From Bdellovibrionota bacterium (lineage in GTDB: Bacteria > Bdellovibrionota_B > Oligoflexia > Oligoflexales > JAWKNZ01), in NCBI GenBank assembly GCA_041391425.1, contig JAWKNZ010000006.1, forward strand, positions 219,629 to 283,628: 64,000 nucleotides of DNA, given 5' to 3'. The stretch's first letter is position 1. Each line of letters begins with the position of its first letter. The notes under the pieces were generated by a model. That model searched no databases and had not been told where the DNA came from. It worked only from the letters and a program-made list of their open reading frames with translations. The position numbers were made by a program, and so were the translations under genes. This document shows positions 1 through 9,934 of the stretch, piece after piece.

Positions 1-419
1 CAAAAAAAATTGATGATTTCGAAGATGTATTTAATAATCTACTTTTCCATACATCTTGTACCTATGGGGCCGACGTTCAGCACTCCATCATTTCTAAGTT
101 CTATCAATCAAATAAGTACATGAATGAATTAGTAAGCTATAAATCTGATAAAGATATCCCTCGGCGCGACAAAAATAGATATGCATGGGAAGGCATGTGT
201 TTAAATGCTGGAAGTGCTACAACAGGTGATAGCTTTGGAGGGGTATTAATTCATCCGAACTGCCCAGTTGTCTTTACAATCGGTAAAAATAATAAGCCAA
301 CCCAAAAAGTCGTTCGAAGAAAAGGTGTATCAAATTTTGAAGTAAGAGAATGCTTTAACTGCCGCTGTGAAACTTGTGATTTTAGAGATATCGTTCAACA
401 ATGTGTAAAAATTAGATGA
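1..419 (+). CDS. hypothetical Cys-rich protein, 5' partial at window edge
   Basis: The reading frame is open from nt 3 with no stop, through TGA at 417-419. The ATG at 120 is therefore probably internal. The C-terminus has a CFNCRCETC cysteine cluster. No family recognised. Confidence 0.45.
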   Translation, partial: KKIDDFEDVFNNLLFHTSCTYGADVQHSIISKFYQSNKYMNELVSYKSDKDIPRRDKNRYAWEGMCLNAGSATTGDSFGGVLIHPNCPVVFTIGKNNKPTQKVVRRKGVSNFEVRECFNCRCETCDFRDIVQQCVKIR

Positions 420-464
420 TGTAGGAATACACGCTAAAATTCAATCATATAAAATTTTAGCGTA

Positions 465-1885
465 CTAATACACCTGCTGCACTGTAAACAAATTACTGGA
501 CTCACGCCCAACCGAAGACAACGTTACAGTCACAAAGACAAACTTATCTCCTGGTTGTAACTCACATCTTCTCTTTAATAAATCGTTTACGGCAGGAAGA
601 ACCTCTTCTATCGCTGGATCTATATCAAGACATACGCCATCTACGCCTCGCACCAATGAAAGCTTCCTATTAACTTCTTCCGAAAAAGTTAAAGCAATAA
701 TAGGTTTTTGTTGACGAAAACTAGATAAGCGTAAAGCGGTATTGCCCTCCTTTGTCAAACAAACAATAGCTCTGACTTTCAAACGCTTTGCCGTTTTATA
801 GGCTTGTCTTGAAACAGCATCAAATTCATTATGAATGATTGGCTCTTCTTTTACCCAATTGATGCTAATACTTTCATTTGCTTCGATGTCTTTAACCACT
901 TGCATGCTTATATCTAAAGCCTTTTAGAATAAATCCCTCGACAGATATCCTCACTTAATACCACTGCATCAGCACCATCCATGACACAATTTGCAATGTC
1001 TGAAACTTCAGCACGGGTAGGAGTCGGGTTATAGCGCATCGAACCTAAAATTTCGCTTGCAATCAACACCAATTTTGCGTGGTTATTACATAATTGAACT
1101 ACTTCTTTAGTGATCATCGGTATACTAGCAGGTTCTAGTGTCAATGCTAATTCTCGCCTAGAAATCATAACACCATCAACGAGGGGTAGTAGCCCCTCCA
1201 ATTTTTCATAAACGCCTTTGTTATCAATTTTCAATATAATCCAAGGCAGCTCATCGCTTGCTTTCAATATACGCCTTCTAATAAATTCAATTTCACGAGA
1301 TTCGGAAAACCCTGGGAGTACTACATAATCAACACCAACTCGCGAAAACTCATTAATATTCAAGTCTGTAAGGTGGTTTAATGATGGAGGTTTGCGGGTG
1401 GAAGGAACATGAATTTCCATTCTAGGATAAGCAGTACCACCTTGTAAAACACGGCAGGTTGTAACCTCATTTTTAATCTCTTCAACCGTTAAGACTACAT
1501 TGCCATAGCCAAAAAACACTTTTGAACCAATTGTAAAAAGATTTTGCCAATCTTCAGCTTCAATTTTAAGGTGTGTGGCTTTCTCAGGATTTACACTCAA
1601 AAAAATCTGTTCACCATGGCGAAGCTCTTTCGGTTCCTCTAGCCCAATAAGTTTTGCTCTGGCCTGCGGCGTAATATCTAACATGGCGGAAATACGACTA
1701 CGCCCCTGCTCATACTCTCGAACATCTTTCAAAAAATTTAATAACTTATCATCACTTCCTGGCGTATAGACGAGTCTTACGGCATCAGCTGCACTCTCTG
1801 CAATGGACTTCGGCAGATCTTTAGTTAGTGCCTTTGACTTAAATGACCAAACAATTTTCGTTTGTCTTCCGCTTATTAAACCCAA
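465..1885 (-). pseudogene. pyk: divergent pyruvate kinase-like gene, split by a 1-nt frameshift into 914..1885 (A/B domains) and 465..905 (C-terminal domain)
   Basis: The 323-aa ORF carries PK-like motifs (RQTKIV, KIDNKG, NPTPTRAEVSDIANCVMDGADAVVLSE). The 146-aa ORF resembles the PK C-terminal alpha/beta domain (RAIVCLTKEGNTALRLSSFRQQKPIIALT). Together they give 469 aa, a normal PK length. The two frames differ by 1 nt. The junction lies at the T4 run 922-925 (A4 on the coding strand), and one extra A would restore ...GIYSKKALDISMQVV... Confidence 0.8.
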
Positions 1886-1986
1886 TGGAGCATATCCTTA
1901 TCCACGATTAAATCAGCTTCGAACTCTATAGTACTCAAACGCCGAAGATTTGCATACCCAACATATAAAAAATCTTGAATCTAAAT

Positions 1987-2847
1987 TTAATGCACTCTAT
2001 TTCCTTCTATCTCTGGCGCTAGAAGAGATTGTCCCATTCTAACTCCTTTCTTAGCATTAATTTCAATTAAGCTATTTTTTTTCACAAAGTCTCGATCAAA
2101 GACCAAAACCACAGTAGAACCTAGCATGAAAGTGCCAAGCTCATCACCAGGCAGTAGTATCTGGTCTTTTTTAATAGCAACTTTACTTGGGCCAAGACCT
2201 AGCAGTCTTTTTGCGCTGTTTGTAGTAAACGAGCTATTAAACCTCGTAGAAATTCTGCCTACATTTAATGCTCCCACCATAACAGCGTAGACATAGATGT
2301 TTGGCTCCCATTCAATCACAAAAGTCAGCCGTTCATTACGTGCAAAAATATTTGGAACATATTGCACAAAGGGAGGATTAACCGGCCACAATTCACCAGG
2401 GTGATATATGACCTCTCTTAATATACCCCCTACAGGTGAATGAACCCGATGATAATTATGGGGCGCCAAATAGACGGTTGTTGCCCAAGCTGCATCAAAT
2501 TTTCTCGACTCCGGCCCCTGAACCCCAAAAACAAGCTCTTCAGTAGAGTAATAGTGTCCCTTCGCTTGTAAAGCCCGATCATTGCGAGTTGGCCCTGAAA
2601 ATGAAATATATCCATCAGAAGGCACCACAACACCTCCATCAATTGGCCTAACACCTGGTTGTAACTTACGTGTAAAAATACCTTCGATTGAATTATAACG
2701 GGCGATTGGAAATTCAGCTTCGTGCATATTTATTCTAAAAGCCGCAACAAAAGCTTTGTTTAGCCAAACCTTTATCGGCGAAGGCCAGCGTATCTGAGCG
2801 ATTTGACCAACAAGCAGACTTATCAAATTTTTTGGAAGAAGTTTCAT
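1987..2847 (-). CDS. psd: phosphatidylserine decarboxylase proenzyme
   Basis: The LGSTVVLVF self-cleavage motif (LGST) lies near the C-terminus, with typical Psd length and N-terminus. The ORF is open up to a TTG at 2964. I prefer the ATG at 2845-2847 (MKLLPKNLISLL..., 286 aa), but the start is uncertain. Confidence 0.85.
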   Translation of the reverse strand: MKLLPKNLISLLVGQIAQIRWPSPIKVWLNKAFVAAFRINMHEAEFPIARYNSIEGIFTRKLQPGVRPIDGGVVVPSDGYISFSGPTRNDRALQAKGHYYSTEELVFGVQGPESRKFDAAWATTVYLAPHNYHRVHSPVGGILREVIYHPGELWPVNPPFVQYVPNIFARNERLTFVIEWEPNIYVYAVMVGALNVGRISTRFNSSFTTNSAKRLLGLGPSKVAIKKDQILLPGDELGTFMLGSTVVLVFDRDFVKKNSLIEINAKKGVRMGQSLLAPEIEGNRVH

Positions 2848-3206
2848 CAAGTTAACAAGATAATTCACAGCAATATCCCTTTTAATAGCGAACGCAAGAT
2901 GTCCAACAATAACACAAGTGTCTAAAACAAAACACGCCGAAGCCGACACATACAACTGTGTCAATATTACAACAATTTTAGGCTTTAATTATTGCAATTT
3001 TGCTACGCATTTTAACAGCCAATTGTAACTGACTTTTTTTAAAAAAAGCAAAAGCTATATATTTTAAGTGTTAAATAGCTAAGCTATATAAAATAATGCC
3101 CTGCGATTAATTTTATGGCACACTTGTTGAATTAAATCCTATACCATGGCCAGAAAAGGGCTTATAACATAAGCTTGGATCCTTGGGATTGTTAAGGAGA
3201 GCTAAT

Positions 3207-3407
3207 ATGAACAAACAGGGACATATACACCAAAAGGAAGAAAAAAATAATATTCCAATGCCTGAGCGTGCAGTTAAAAACCTAGCCGACTCCATTTTTA
3301 AAACTTTATGCGATGAAGGCTGTAATCCTAAGGATATCATTGGCGTTTCTAGCCAACTTTTATCATTAGTCACCTCTGAGTTAGAGAAAGCAAGTATTAT
3401 TGACTAA
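3207..3407 (+). CDS. small hypothetical protein (66 aa)
   Basis: The ATG at 3207 is preceded by AAGGAG at about 3194-3199. A stem-loop follows at 3425-3457. No family recognised. Confidence 0.4.
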   Translation: MNKQGHIHQKEEKNNIPMPERAVKNLADSIFKTLCDEGCNPKDIIGVSSQLLSLVTSELEKASIID

Positions 3408-3499
3408 TCGTAAGCTCCGATTGTATTGCGAACGTCCGCTTCTGGAGCGTTCGCAATATTAGACTCAAAACTAAATTACATTGATAGAATCTATTAAAG

Positions 3500-3661
3500 T
3501 GGGGCCTAAAATTTTTTGAAAAACTGTAGTATTTTCACCGGATTCGAAGTTCAGCCGGATGCTAGGCGCGAGGAGGTGGGAAACCGCAGTGTACATGTTG
3601 GTACATGAGAATTTCCTGACGACGAAGCAACGACGCAACCGGCTAGAAATTCGGATCCGGG
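3500..3661. mobile_element. MITE family A, copy A1 (~160 bp, inverted relative to A2/A3)
   Basis: Near-identical to the reverse complement of 18205..18544 (minus its insert) and of 48905..49064. The ends are imperfect inverted repeats (GGATCYGAAATTT-like). This copy is flanked by the direct repeat ATTAAAG (3493-3499 and 3662-3668). Confidence 0.75.
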
Positions 3662-3693
3662 ATTAAAGAGACTTTCGTCGCGATAGGCGTCAA

Positions 3694-5025
3694 TCAAACC
3701 AGAACTTCATTCCACTGACTAAATTTTTCATATGCTAAGGTACATTGAACTTGCTTTTTTTCAGCCTTGCTAATTTTCTTACTTCGCTTTAAAGACGGCA
3801 AAAGGCCAAGGTTTGCATTCATAGGAGCAAATTTACCAAGGCATCCCGCTGTAATATACGTGTATAAGCCACCCATCATCGTATCAGAAGGGGGCATTAC
3901 CACAGGACGATTTTGTGCCTTGGCATCAATAGCCAATGCAGCTAATAACCCCATTGCAGCCGATTCTGTATAGCCTTCTACACCAGTAATTTGTCCAGCC
4001 AAAAATATTCTGGGATTGCTACGAAAACTCAAGTCATTATTCAATACTTTCGGACTTTCAATATACGTATTTCGATGAACTGAACCATACCTTAATATTT
4101 CCACATTTTTAAGCCCAGGTAGTTGAGAAAAAACTTCTTTCTGAGCAGGCCATTTCATTTTAGTTTGAAATCCAACCATCGAATACATGGTTCCGTCTTT
4201 ATTTTCCTTTCTCAGCTGAACATTTGCCCATGGCCGTTTATCAGTTTTAGGGTCTACTAAACCCACTGGTTTCATAGGACCAAAGCGCAGTGTTTCACGC
4301 CCTCTTTCGATCATTACTTCAATTGGTAGACATGATTCAAAATACGAAGTAGATTCAAATGCGTGTAACGGCATCTTTTCAGCAGCAATCACTGAGTCGA
4401 TGAAATGCTCATATCCTTCTTTTGATAAAGGCAGATTAATATAATCCGAATCACCTTTACCGTAACGGTCGGCAAAAAAACATTCATCCATATCGATAGT
4501 GTCTGCAGATAGTATAGGAGCAATGGCATCGTAAAAGTACAATCTGGTATCCGTATCACATAATTCCACTAAGCTTTGTGATAAAGAAGTCGAGGTGAGC
4601 GGCCCTGTTGCTACAAGCCAAATTTCATTTGATGACTCTAATTGATTTGATGTTGGCAGCTCGGTAACTTCTTGATCAGTTCTAGTAAAACCATCAAATT
4701 GCTTAAGCCTAGATTCAATAAAAGCTGAGAATTTTTCTCTATCAACTGCAAGAGCTTGCCCAGCAGGAACCCGTGCAAATTCACCGGCTTCAATTACCAA
4801 CGAATTTAACAACTTCATTTCTCTTTTTAATTCACCAGGCCCTGTGTTTTCGCTTAAAGACTTTAAAGAATTTGAACACACTAGTTCGGCAAGGTTACCG
4901 GTCTTATGAGCATCTGTGCCTCGAATTGGCCGCATTTCGAAAAGCTCAACCGTATGCCCTCTCTTTAATAATTGCCAAGCTGCTTCGCTCCCAGCAAGTC
5001 CGCCACCTATAATGTTTATTTTCAT
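3694..5025 (-). CDS. trmFO: methylenetetrahydrofolate--tRNA-(uracil-5-)-methyltransferase TrmFO
   Basis: N-terminal FAD fold IIGGGLAGSEAAWQL, followed by ELVCSNSLKS. The 443-aa length is typical of TrmFO/Gid. Confidence 0.9.
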   Translation of the reverse strand: MKINIIGGGLAGSEAAWQLLKRGHTVELFEMRPIRGTDAHKTGNLAELVCSNSLKSLSENTGPGELKREMKLLNSLVIEAGEFARVPAGQALAVDREKFSAFIESRLKQFDGFTRTDQEVTELPTSNQLESSNEIWLVATGPLTSTSLSQSLVELCDTDTRLYFYDAIAPILSADTIDMDECFFADRYGKGDSDYINLPLSKEGYEHFIDSVIAAEKMPLHAFESTSYFESCLPIEVMIERGRETLRFGPMKPVGLVDPKTDKRPWANVQLRKENKDGTMYSMVGFQTKMKWPAQKEVFSQLPGLKNVEILRYGSVHRNTYIESPKVLNNDLSFRSNPRIFLAGQITGVEGYTESAAMGLLAALAIDAKAQNRPVVMPPSDTMMGGLYTYITAGCLGKFAPMNANLGLLPSLKRSKKISKAEKKQVQCTLAYEKFSQWNEVLV

Positions 5026-5253
5026 TCTTTAACTTTCGCTGCTATATTTAACCAAAATATTTCTTTAAGGCTTGTTTGATAAAAATAAGATTTTCGTAAT
5101 TTTTCTATATATTCCCCAAGTTTAACCCTCAAAAGTATGTCCGATTTAACACACTTGTAGCGTAAAAAGGCCTCCTTAATAACACTGTTTTACAAGATTG
5201 CAAATTTTTGAAAATTTTATTTGTGATAACAACAGGTTACTTGCTAAAATAGT

Positions 5254-5269
5254 TGGCATGATCGCTGCT
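5254..5269 (+). promoter_or_regulatory. candidate sigma-54 (-24/-12) promoter
   Basis: TGGCATGATCGCTGCT compares with the consensus TGGCACG-N4-TTGCW. GG and GC have the correct spacing. It lies 30 nt upstream of the ATG at 5299 and just ahead of the GGAGGG Shine-Dalgarno. Confidence 0.35.
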
Positions 5270-5298
5270 TATTATTTTAATGAGCAGGAGGGAACATC

Positions 5299-5652
5299 AT
5301 GAAAGCACGTATTTTAATAATTGAAGATAGCTACTGTCAGTTTTTCACAGCTAAGCAAGTTCTGCAAAGTCAGCTTAGATTACAAGTAAAAGCAGTAAAA
5401 GTTGCCGACATTCAGGAGCTAGCTCAAAAGACCATTGCTTTTGAACCCAGCTTTATCATCGACAGACCATGTGGGGGAGTCGTACCATTAATGGAACAAA
5501 TGAAAAAAAGACAAGCTAATCGCAGAAACACTGAGATTCTTTTAATACTTGCTGAAGAAATCGAAGAACTTGAAGGACCTCAAATTAAGAATTTTATCGA
5601 TCACTTTAACGTCAAGCCAGTAAGGTGGCATGAATTTGCAGACGTAGCTTAA
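5299..5652 (+). CDS. receiver-domain-like small protein (divergent)
   Basis: 117 aa. The N-terminal ILIIEDS and a mid-protein IIDRP are reminiscent of CheY-like receivers. Similarity is weak. Confidence 0.4.
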   Translation: MKARILIIEDSYCQFFTAKQVLQSQLRLQVKAVKVADIQELAQKTIAFEPSFIIDRPCGGVVPLMEQMKKRQANRRNTEILLILAEEIEELEGPQIKNFIDHFNVKPVRWHEFADVA

Positions 5653-5726
5653 TACTATATTTTTTGCAGTGCCCTAACTTCGCAATCAAGCTGGTTAGCA
5701 AGTTATATTTGCTAACCAGGACTCCC

Positions 5727-6503
5727 CTATGAATTGAGGAGGCCAAAGTTTATCATATCAGCAAAAGAATTTGGCTTAAGCGACGCGCCACCGATTAAAC
5801 CACCATCAATATCAGGTTTTGCCAAAAGCTCTGCAGTATTTTCTGGCTTCATGCTTCCACCATAAAGTATTCGCATAGTTTCCGCAGTTGACGCTCCAAG
5901 CTCTCTTTCAATCAAATCTCGGATAAATTTGTGAACCTCTTGCGCGTGCTCAGCCGTTGCAGCTAATCCAGTGCCTATTGCCCAGACCGGTTCGTACGCA
6001 ATGATTAACTGGCTCGGGTCGGCATTTGCGGCCTTCAAAATAGCAACCGTTTGTTTCTCAATGATCTTTTCAGTATGTTCTGCCTCTCGCTCTTCTATAG
6101 TTTCGCCCACACACGCAATTACCTTCATCTTCTGAGCCAGACATGCTGTAACTTTCTCTGCTACGGTCTCATCGGTTTCGGCAAAATATTGCCGCCGTTC
6201 ACTATGTCCAATTAAAGTAGCTTGAATACCGACCTCTTTTAACATTGCAACCGAAATCTCACCTGTATAAGCTCCCGACTCTTGCCAATGGACATTTTGT
6301 GCAGCAACTTCGACACCATATTTGCTAGAAAAATCACTACCATTACTTAACAAGGTAGCTGGCATTGCAATGAGAATATCTATTTTTTCGAGTGCATTCT
6401 TGAGTCCACCTGCTACTCTAGCATCTAATACAGAAAAAAATTCTGCCAATTGATGATTAAGCATGTTCATTTTCCAGTTTCCGGCTAACATCGGCTTTCT
6501 CAT
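5727..6503 (-). CDS. tpiA: triosephosphate isomerase
   Basis: Motifs AGNWKMN, IGHSERR, AYEPVWAIGTG and GGASLK. Confidence 0.95.
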   Translation of the reverse strand: MRKPMLAGNWKMNMLNHQLAEFFSVLDARVAGGLKNALEKIDILIAMPATLLSNGSDFSSKYGVEVAAQNVHWQESGAYTGEISVAMLKEVGIQATLIGHSERRQYFAETDETVAEKVTACLAQKMKVIACVGETIEEREAEHTEKIIEKQTVAILKAANADPSQLIIAYEPVWAIGTGLAATAEHAQEVHKFIRDLIERELGASTAETMRILYGGSMKPENTAELLAKPDIDGGLIGGASLKPNSFADMINFGLLNS

Positions 6504-6590
6504 TTAGAGTCCTTTCCAAAAGACAATCATCTTGTACATCAAACTACCTGGTTTTAACTAGCTTCAATAGTTTTAAAATTAAAAAATAAG

Positions 6591-7778
6591 CTATAAAGCA
6601 AGCACTTTCAATCCTGGCAACACACTGCCTTCTAAAAATTTCAAAGAAGCCCCACCACCAGTAGATACATGTGTCATTTTATCTGCTACACCAGCCTTGT
6701 TAACGGCAGCAACCGAATCACCTCCTCCGACTACGGTCATGCCATTATTCAACGCCATTTCTTCGGCAATTGCTAAAGTGCCTTTTGCAAAACTATTCCA
6801 CTCAAAAACCCCCATAGGGCCATTCCATAAGATAGTCTGCGAGTTTCTTATTACTTCCCTGTAATTCAAAATCGTCTTCTCGCCTATATCTAAGCCCATA
6901 AGGCCCTTTGGAATGACTTCTCCCGAAGTTACGTGAGGCTTTGCCGTTTCAGAAAATTCTTCAGCACATATATGATCTGTTGGTAAATGGATCTCGACTT
7001 TTCTTGCTTCGGCATTTCGAAAAATAGTTTCAACCAAGTTTAATTTTTCGGTTTCAACAACAGAGTTTCCAACCTCAATGCCGCGATATTTAAGAAAAGT
7101 ATAAGCCATTGCCCCACCAATAATTAAATGGTTGCAATGGTCTAACAGACTGAGAATCACCCCAATCTTGTCTGAAACCTTAGATCCACCCATAATAACC
7201 GTAAATGGTGCTTTAGGATTATTTTTTAAACTAGAAAGCGCAGTTACTTCTCTTTCTATAAGCAGTCCAATGCTTCGTAGCTCAGGTTTAATTAATTCTG
7301 CCACCTTGACAGTTGAAGCATGAGCACGGTGCGCTGTACCGAAGGCATCATTGACATAAGCATCTATACCAGTAGACAATGCTTCCGCAAAAGCACCATC
7401 ATTTGCGGATTCGCCAGGCCAAAAACGAAGATTTTCAAGTAAAATGATTTGGTTCTTTTGTAAATTCGCCAACAATTGATCAATTGGTTCCGATAAAAAA
7501 TCCTGAACGAATATAACTTCTAAACCCAACAATTCAGCAAGCAACGCACCAACAGGCTCTATACTCAAATCAGGAACAATTTGACCCTTAGGACGCCCAA
7601 GATGACTTGCAATTACCAACTTATTGGTTTGCTCTAAAATCTTGCGAACTGTAGGCAATGCAGCTCGAATTCTAGTATCATCTGTAATCTTTCCATCCTT
7701 TAGAGGCACATTTAGGTCTAATCTCAAAAAGACCGCGCGATTTACTAAGTCTAAATCTTCTAGCTTACGAAATTTCAT
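6591..7778 (-). CDS. pgk: phosphoglycerate kinase
   Basis: Motifs RLDLNVP, SHLGRPKG, GGAMAYTF and STGGGASLEFLEG-like, in 395 aa. Confidence 0.95.
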   Translation of the reverse strand: MKFRKLEDLDLVNRAVFLRLDLNVPLKDGKITDDTRIRAALPTVRKILEQTNKLVIASHLGRPKGQIVPDLSIEPVGALLAELLGLEVIFVQDFLSEPIDQLLANLQKNQIILLENLRFWPGESANDGAFAEALSTGIDAYVNDAFGTAHRAHASTVKVAELIKPELRSIGLLIEREVTALSSLKNNPKAPFTVIMGGSKVSDKIGVILSLLDHCNHLIIGGAMAYTFLKYRGIEVGNSVVETEKLNLVETIFRNAEARKVEIHLPTDHICAEEFSETAKPHVTSGEVIPKGLMGLDIGEKTILNYREVIRNSQTILWNGPMGVFEWNSFAKGTLAIAEEMALNNGMTVVGGGDSVAAVNKAGVADKMTHVSTGGGASLKFLEGSVLPGLKVLAL

Positions 7779-7987
7779 TTTTATCTAACTCCGATACATT
7801 CTCTAATTCTCACGATATTCAAACCCAATGCCTTTCGAATAAAGCTATTTAGCCCTATAAAATTATACAGGCAATAGAGATATCATTTGTGCTCACCCTT
7901 AACCACAAGTTAGTATGCAGAAATTGACACGTTCAAGTCGAGAACAGCCTATCACCCCGCAGGGAAGACATAAAAAGGGGGGAAGAA

Positions 7988-8977
7988 ATGAAAATAGGGA
8001 AGAAGCAAAAAATGAAACAATTTCATCTGTTTATAATTGATCCCATTGAAAACTTGAATTTCAAACTAGACTCGAGCATCCGCCTAGCTTTTGAGCTAAT
8101 ACAGCTAGGCGCAAACGTATACAGCACCGAAATCACAGACTTATTTTGGAATATCCGTGATGCCTGTGCAAGCTGCTATGCTAATCAGATTGCATTTCCT
8201 GATGGAACTATCGAAAGCCTCAGTATAGTTAAAAAAGAAAATTTTCTCTTAGAGAAGTTTAATGGCATTCACATGCGCAAAGAGCCTCCATTCAATATCA
8301 GCTACATTAGCGCTACCTGGTTTTTGGATAGTGTCCGCGACAGAACTAAGATTTATAATGATCCAGCAGCATTGCGAGCCATCAACGAGAAATTATCTAT
8401 TTTTCGCTTCCCTGAGGCAGTCAAAGATGCTCTTGTGAGTTGTAATGTATTAGATTTATATGAGTTTTTAGAGACTAAAGCCAACGGAGATGCAATCCTT
8501 AAACCCTTAGACCTATTTGGCGGAAAAGGCATTATCCGTTTACAGCTTTCTCTAATGAGCAAAGAACAAGCGCTGGCAATTCTTGATGACGCGACGAATC
8601 ACTCTAAAAGTCCTAGGCTTATCCAACCATTTGATCATAGAATCAGCGACGGCGAAGTAAGGGTTTTTACATTTAATGGCGATGCCATCAGTTGGTGCTT
8701 AAAAAAGCCTAGAGAAGGGCATTATATGGCAAATACCTCTGAAGGCGCTCGTTTGCTAGAATACAAACCAGATCATAAAATGAGAAGCATGGTGGAAGAG
8801 GTGGCCAAAGCGCTTGTAGACTCAGGAATCTACATCGCTGGATTTGACATTATTGGTGATGCGATTTCTGAAATTAATGTCACAAGCCCACGGCTACTAC
8901 AAGCAGCCGAAGACCAAACAAATTATTATAAAGAAATCGCAAAAAAAATGTGCCTAGAAACCGAAATTAGAAGCTAG
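7988..8977 (+). CDS. gshB: glutathione synthetase (ATP-grasp, prokaryotic type)
   Basis: N-terminal IDPIENLNFKLDSS, and C-terminal GEVRVF..., AGFDIIGDAISEINVTSP, which matches the GshB signature ...IIGD.LTEINVTSP. A strong SD (GGGGGGAAG) lies upstream. Confidence 0.8.
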   Translation: MKIGKKQKMKQFHLFIIDPIENLNFKLDSSIRLAFELIQLGANVYSTEITDLFWNIRDACASCYANQIAFPDGTIESLSIVKKENFLLEKFNGIHMRKEPPFNISYISATWFLDSVRDRTKIYNDPAALRAINEKLSIFRFPEAVKDALVSCNVLDLYEFLETKANGDAILKPLDLFGGKGIIRLQLSLMSKEQALAILDDATNHSKSPRLIQPFDHRISDGEVRVFTFNGDAISWCLKKPREGHYMANTSEGARLLEYKPDHKMRSMVEEVAKALVDSGIYIAGFDIIGDAISEINVTSPRLLQAAEDQTNYYKEIAKKMCLETEIRS

Positions 8978-9734
8978 CTTTATAAGGAATTCGGTAATGC
9001 AATAGCGCATACGCCTCATGGATCCGATATAAAGAACGGTCACGCCTACTACCTAATTCTGTAAATGTCCCTCCAATTTTTTGTGGAACATAATATGAGG
9101 AAGAAGCGCCAACCGATACCAAGAAATTTTCCGTAAACGCAAACTCGAAATCGATATTTGCCTGTGCTCCAGGTCTGAAAAAGTGAGTTACTTGATTTAC
9201 ATAAGAAATACTATCTGGAGCAGGCTCAGACGATTGATTTGGGACTTCAATATCATCATCTTCAGGAATCTTATACCTGCCCGTATTAACATAGGCGTAA
9301 GTGCCGACAAGGCCTAGACTCAAAGATAACCTTGCTGGCCCTATCCGAAGTGGCAAGCCCAAAGAAAGTGGCTTCCATGTAGCGCCCCATATTTCTGGAC
9401 CACCCGGAACCGTTCTCCAGCCAAGCATAATACTTTCAGGAATAAGAATAAATCCAACTCTTACTTCTTCCACTTTTTGCAAACTTTTACGAAATTTCTC
9501 TGGGATCTTTCTTTTGTTTTTTTCTAGTAAGGCTTTGTTTACTACTGCCTTTATATGTAATCTAAAACCACTAAAAGGCTTTGTATCATCCCTTCCTAAT
9601 TTTTCTGGGACATAGAACTTAGAAGGTCCGATTCCTAAATTAATAGGCACTTCAGTCACAGCATATAAATTTATGCTTGGTAAGTAAAACAACCCCACCA
9701 AACCAACTAAACGTAATAAACTCTGCAATACCAC
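8967..9734 (-). CDS. hypothetical outer-membrane beta-barrel protein
   Basis: Has a signal peptide, an alternating-hydrophobic pattern and a C-terminal ...YKASF. Confidence 0.5.
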   Translation of the reverse strand: MVLQSLLRLVGLVGLFYLPSINLYAVTEVPINLGIGPSKFYVPEKLGRDDTKPFSGFRLHIKAVVNKALLEKNKRKIPEKFRKSLQKVEEVRVGFILIPESIMLGWRTVPGGPEIWGATWKPLSLGLPLRIGPARLSLSLGLVGTYAYVNTGRYKIPEDDDIEVPNQSSEPAPDSISYVNQVTHFFRPGAQANIDFEFAFTENFLVSVGASSSYYVPQKIGGTFTELGSRRDRSLYRIHEAYALLHYRIPYKASF

Positions 9735-9934
9735 CCCTTCCCTGTTTCAATTTATCTTGGAATAGTCAGTCTTTTTGAGTCAATCCGGGGTCGTAGTGAA
9801 AAGCAAACTTTACACTAAACTCGTTGAACTCACTATTTCAAAGTAATTATTACTTGATCACAAGTTTAAACCAAACTATATACCAACCAAAGTCCAAATT
9901 TCTTTAAAATAAATTTAAATAGAAAAGGTTTACA

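Noticed and set aside
1895-1905. DnaA-box-like TTATCCACG upstream of the pyk-like gene
   Set aside because: There is only a single box with no cluster and no AT-rich unwinding element. This is not evidence for an origin.
3113-3373. 86-aa minus-strand ORF overlapping the 3207..3407 ORF
   Set aside because: It has no SD. The plus-strand ORF has a good AAGGAG-N7-ATG and a downstream hairpin, so only one of the two is plausible. Even the plus-strand ORF has low confidence.
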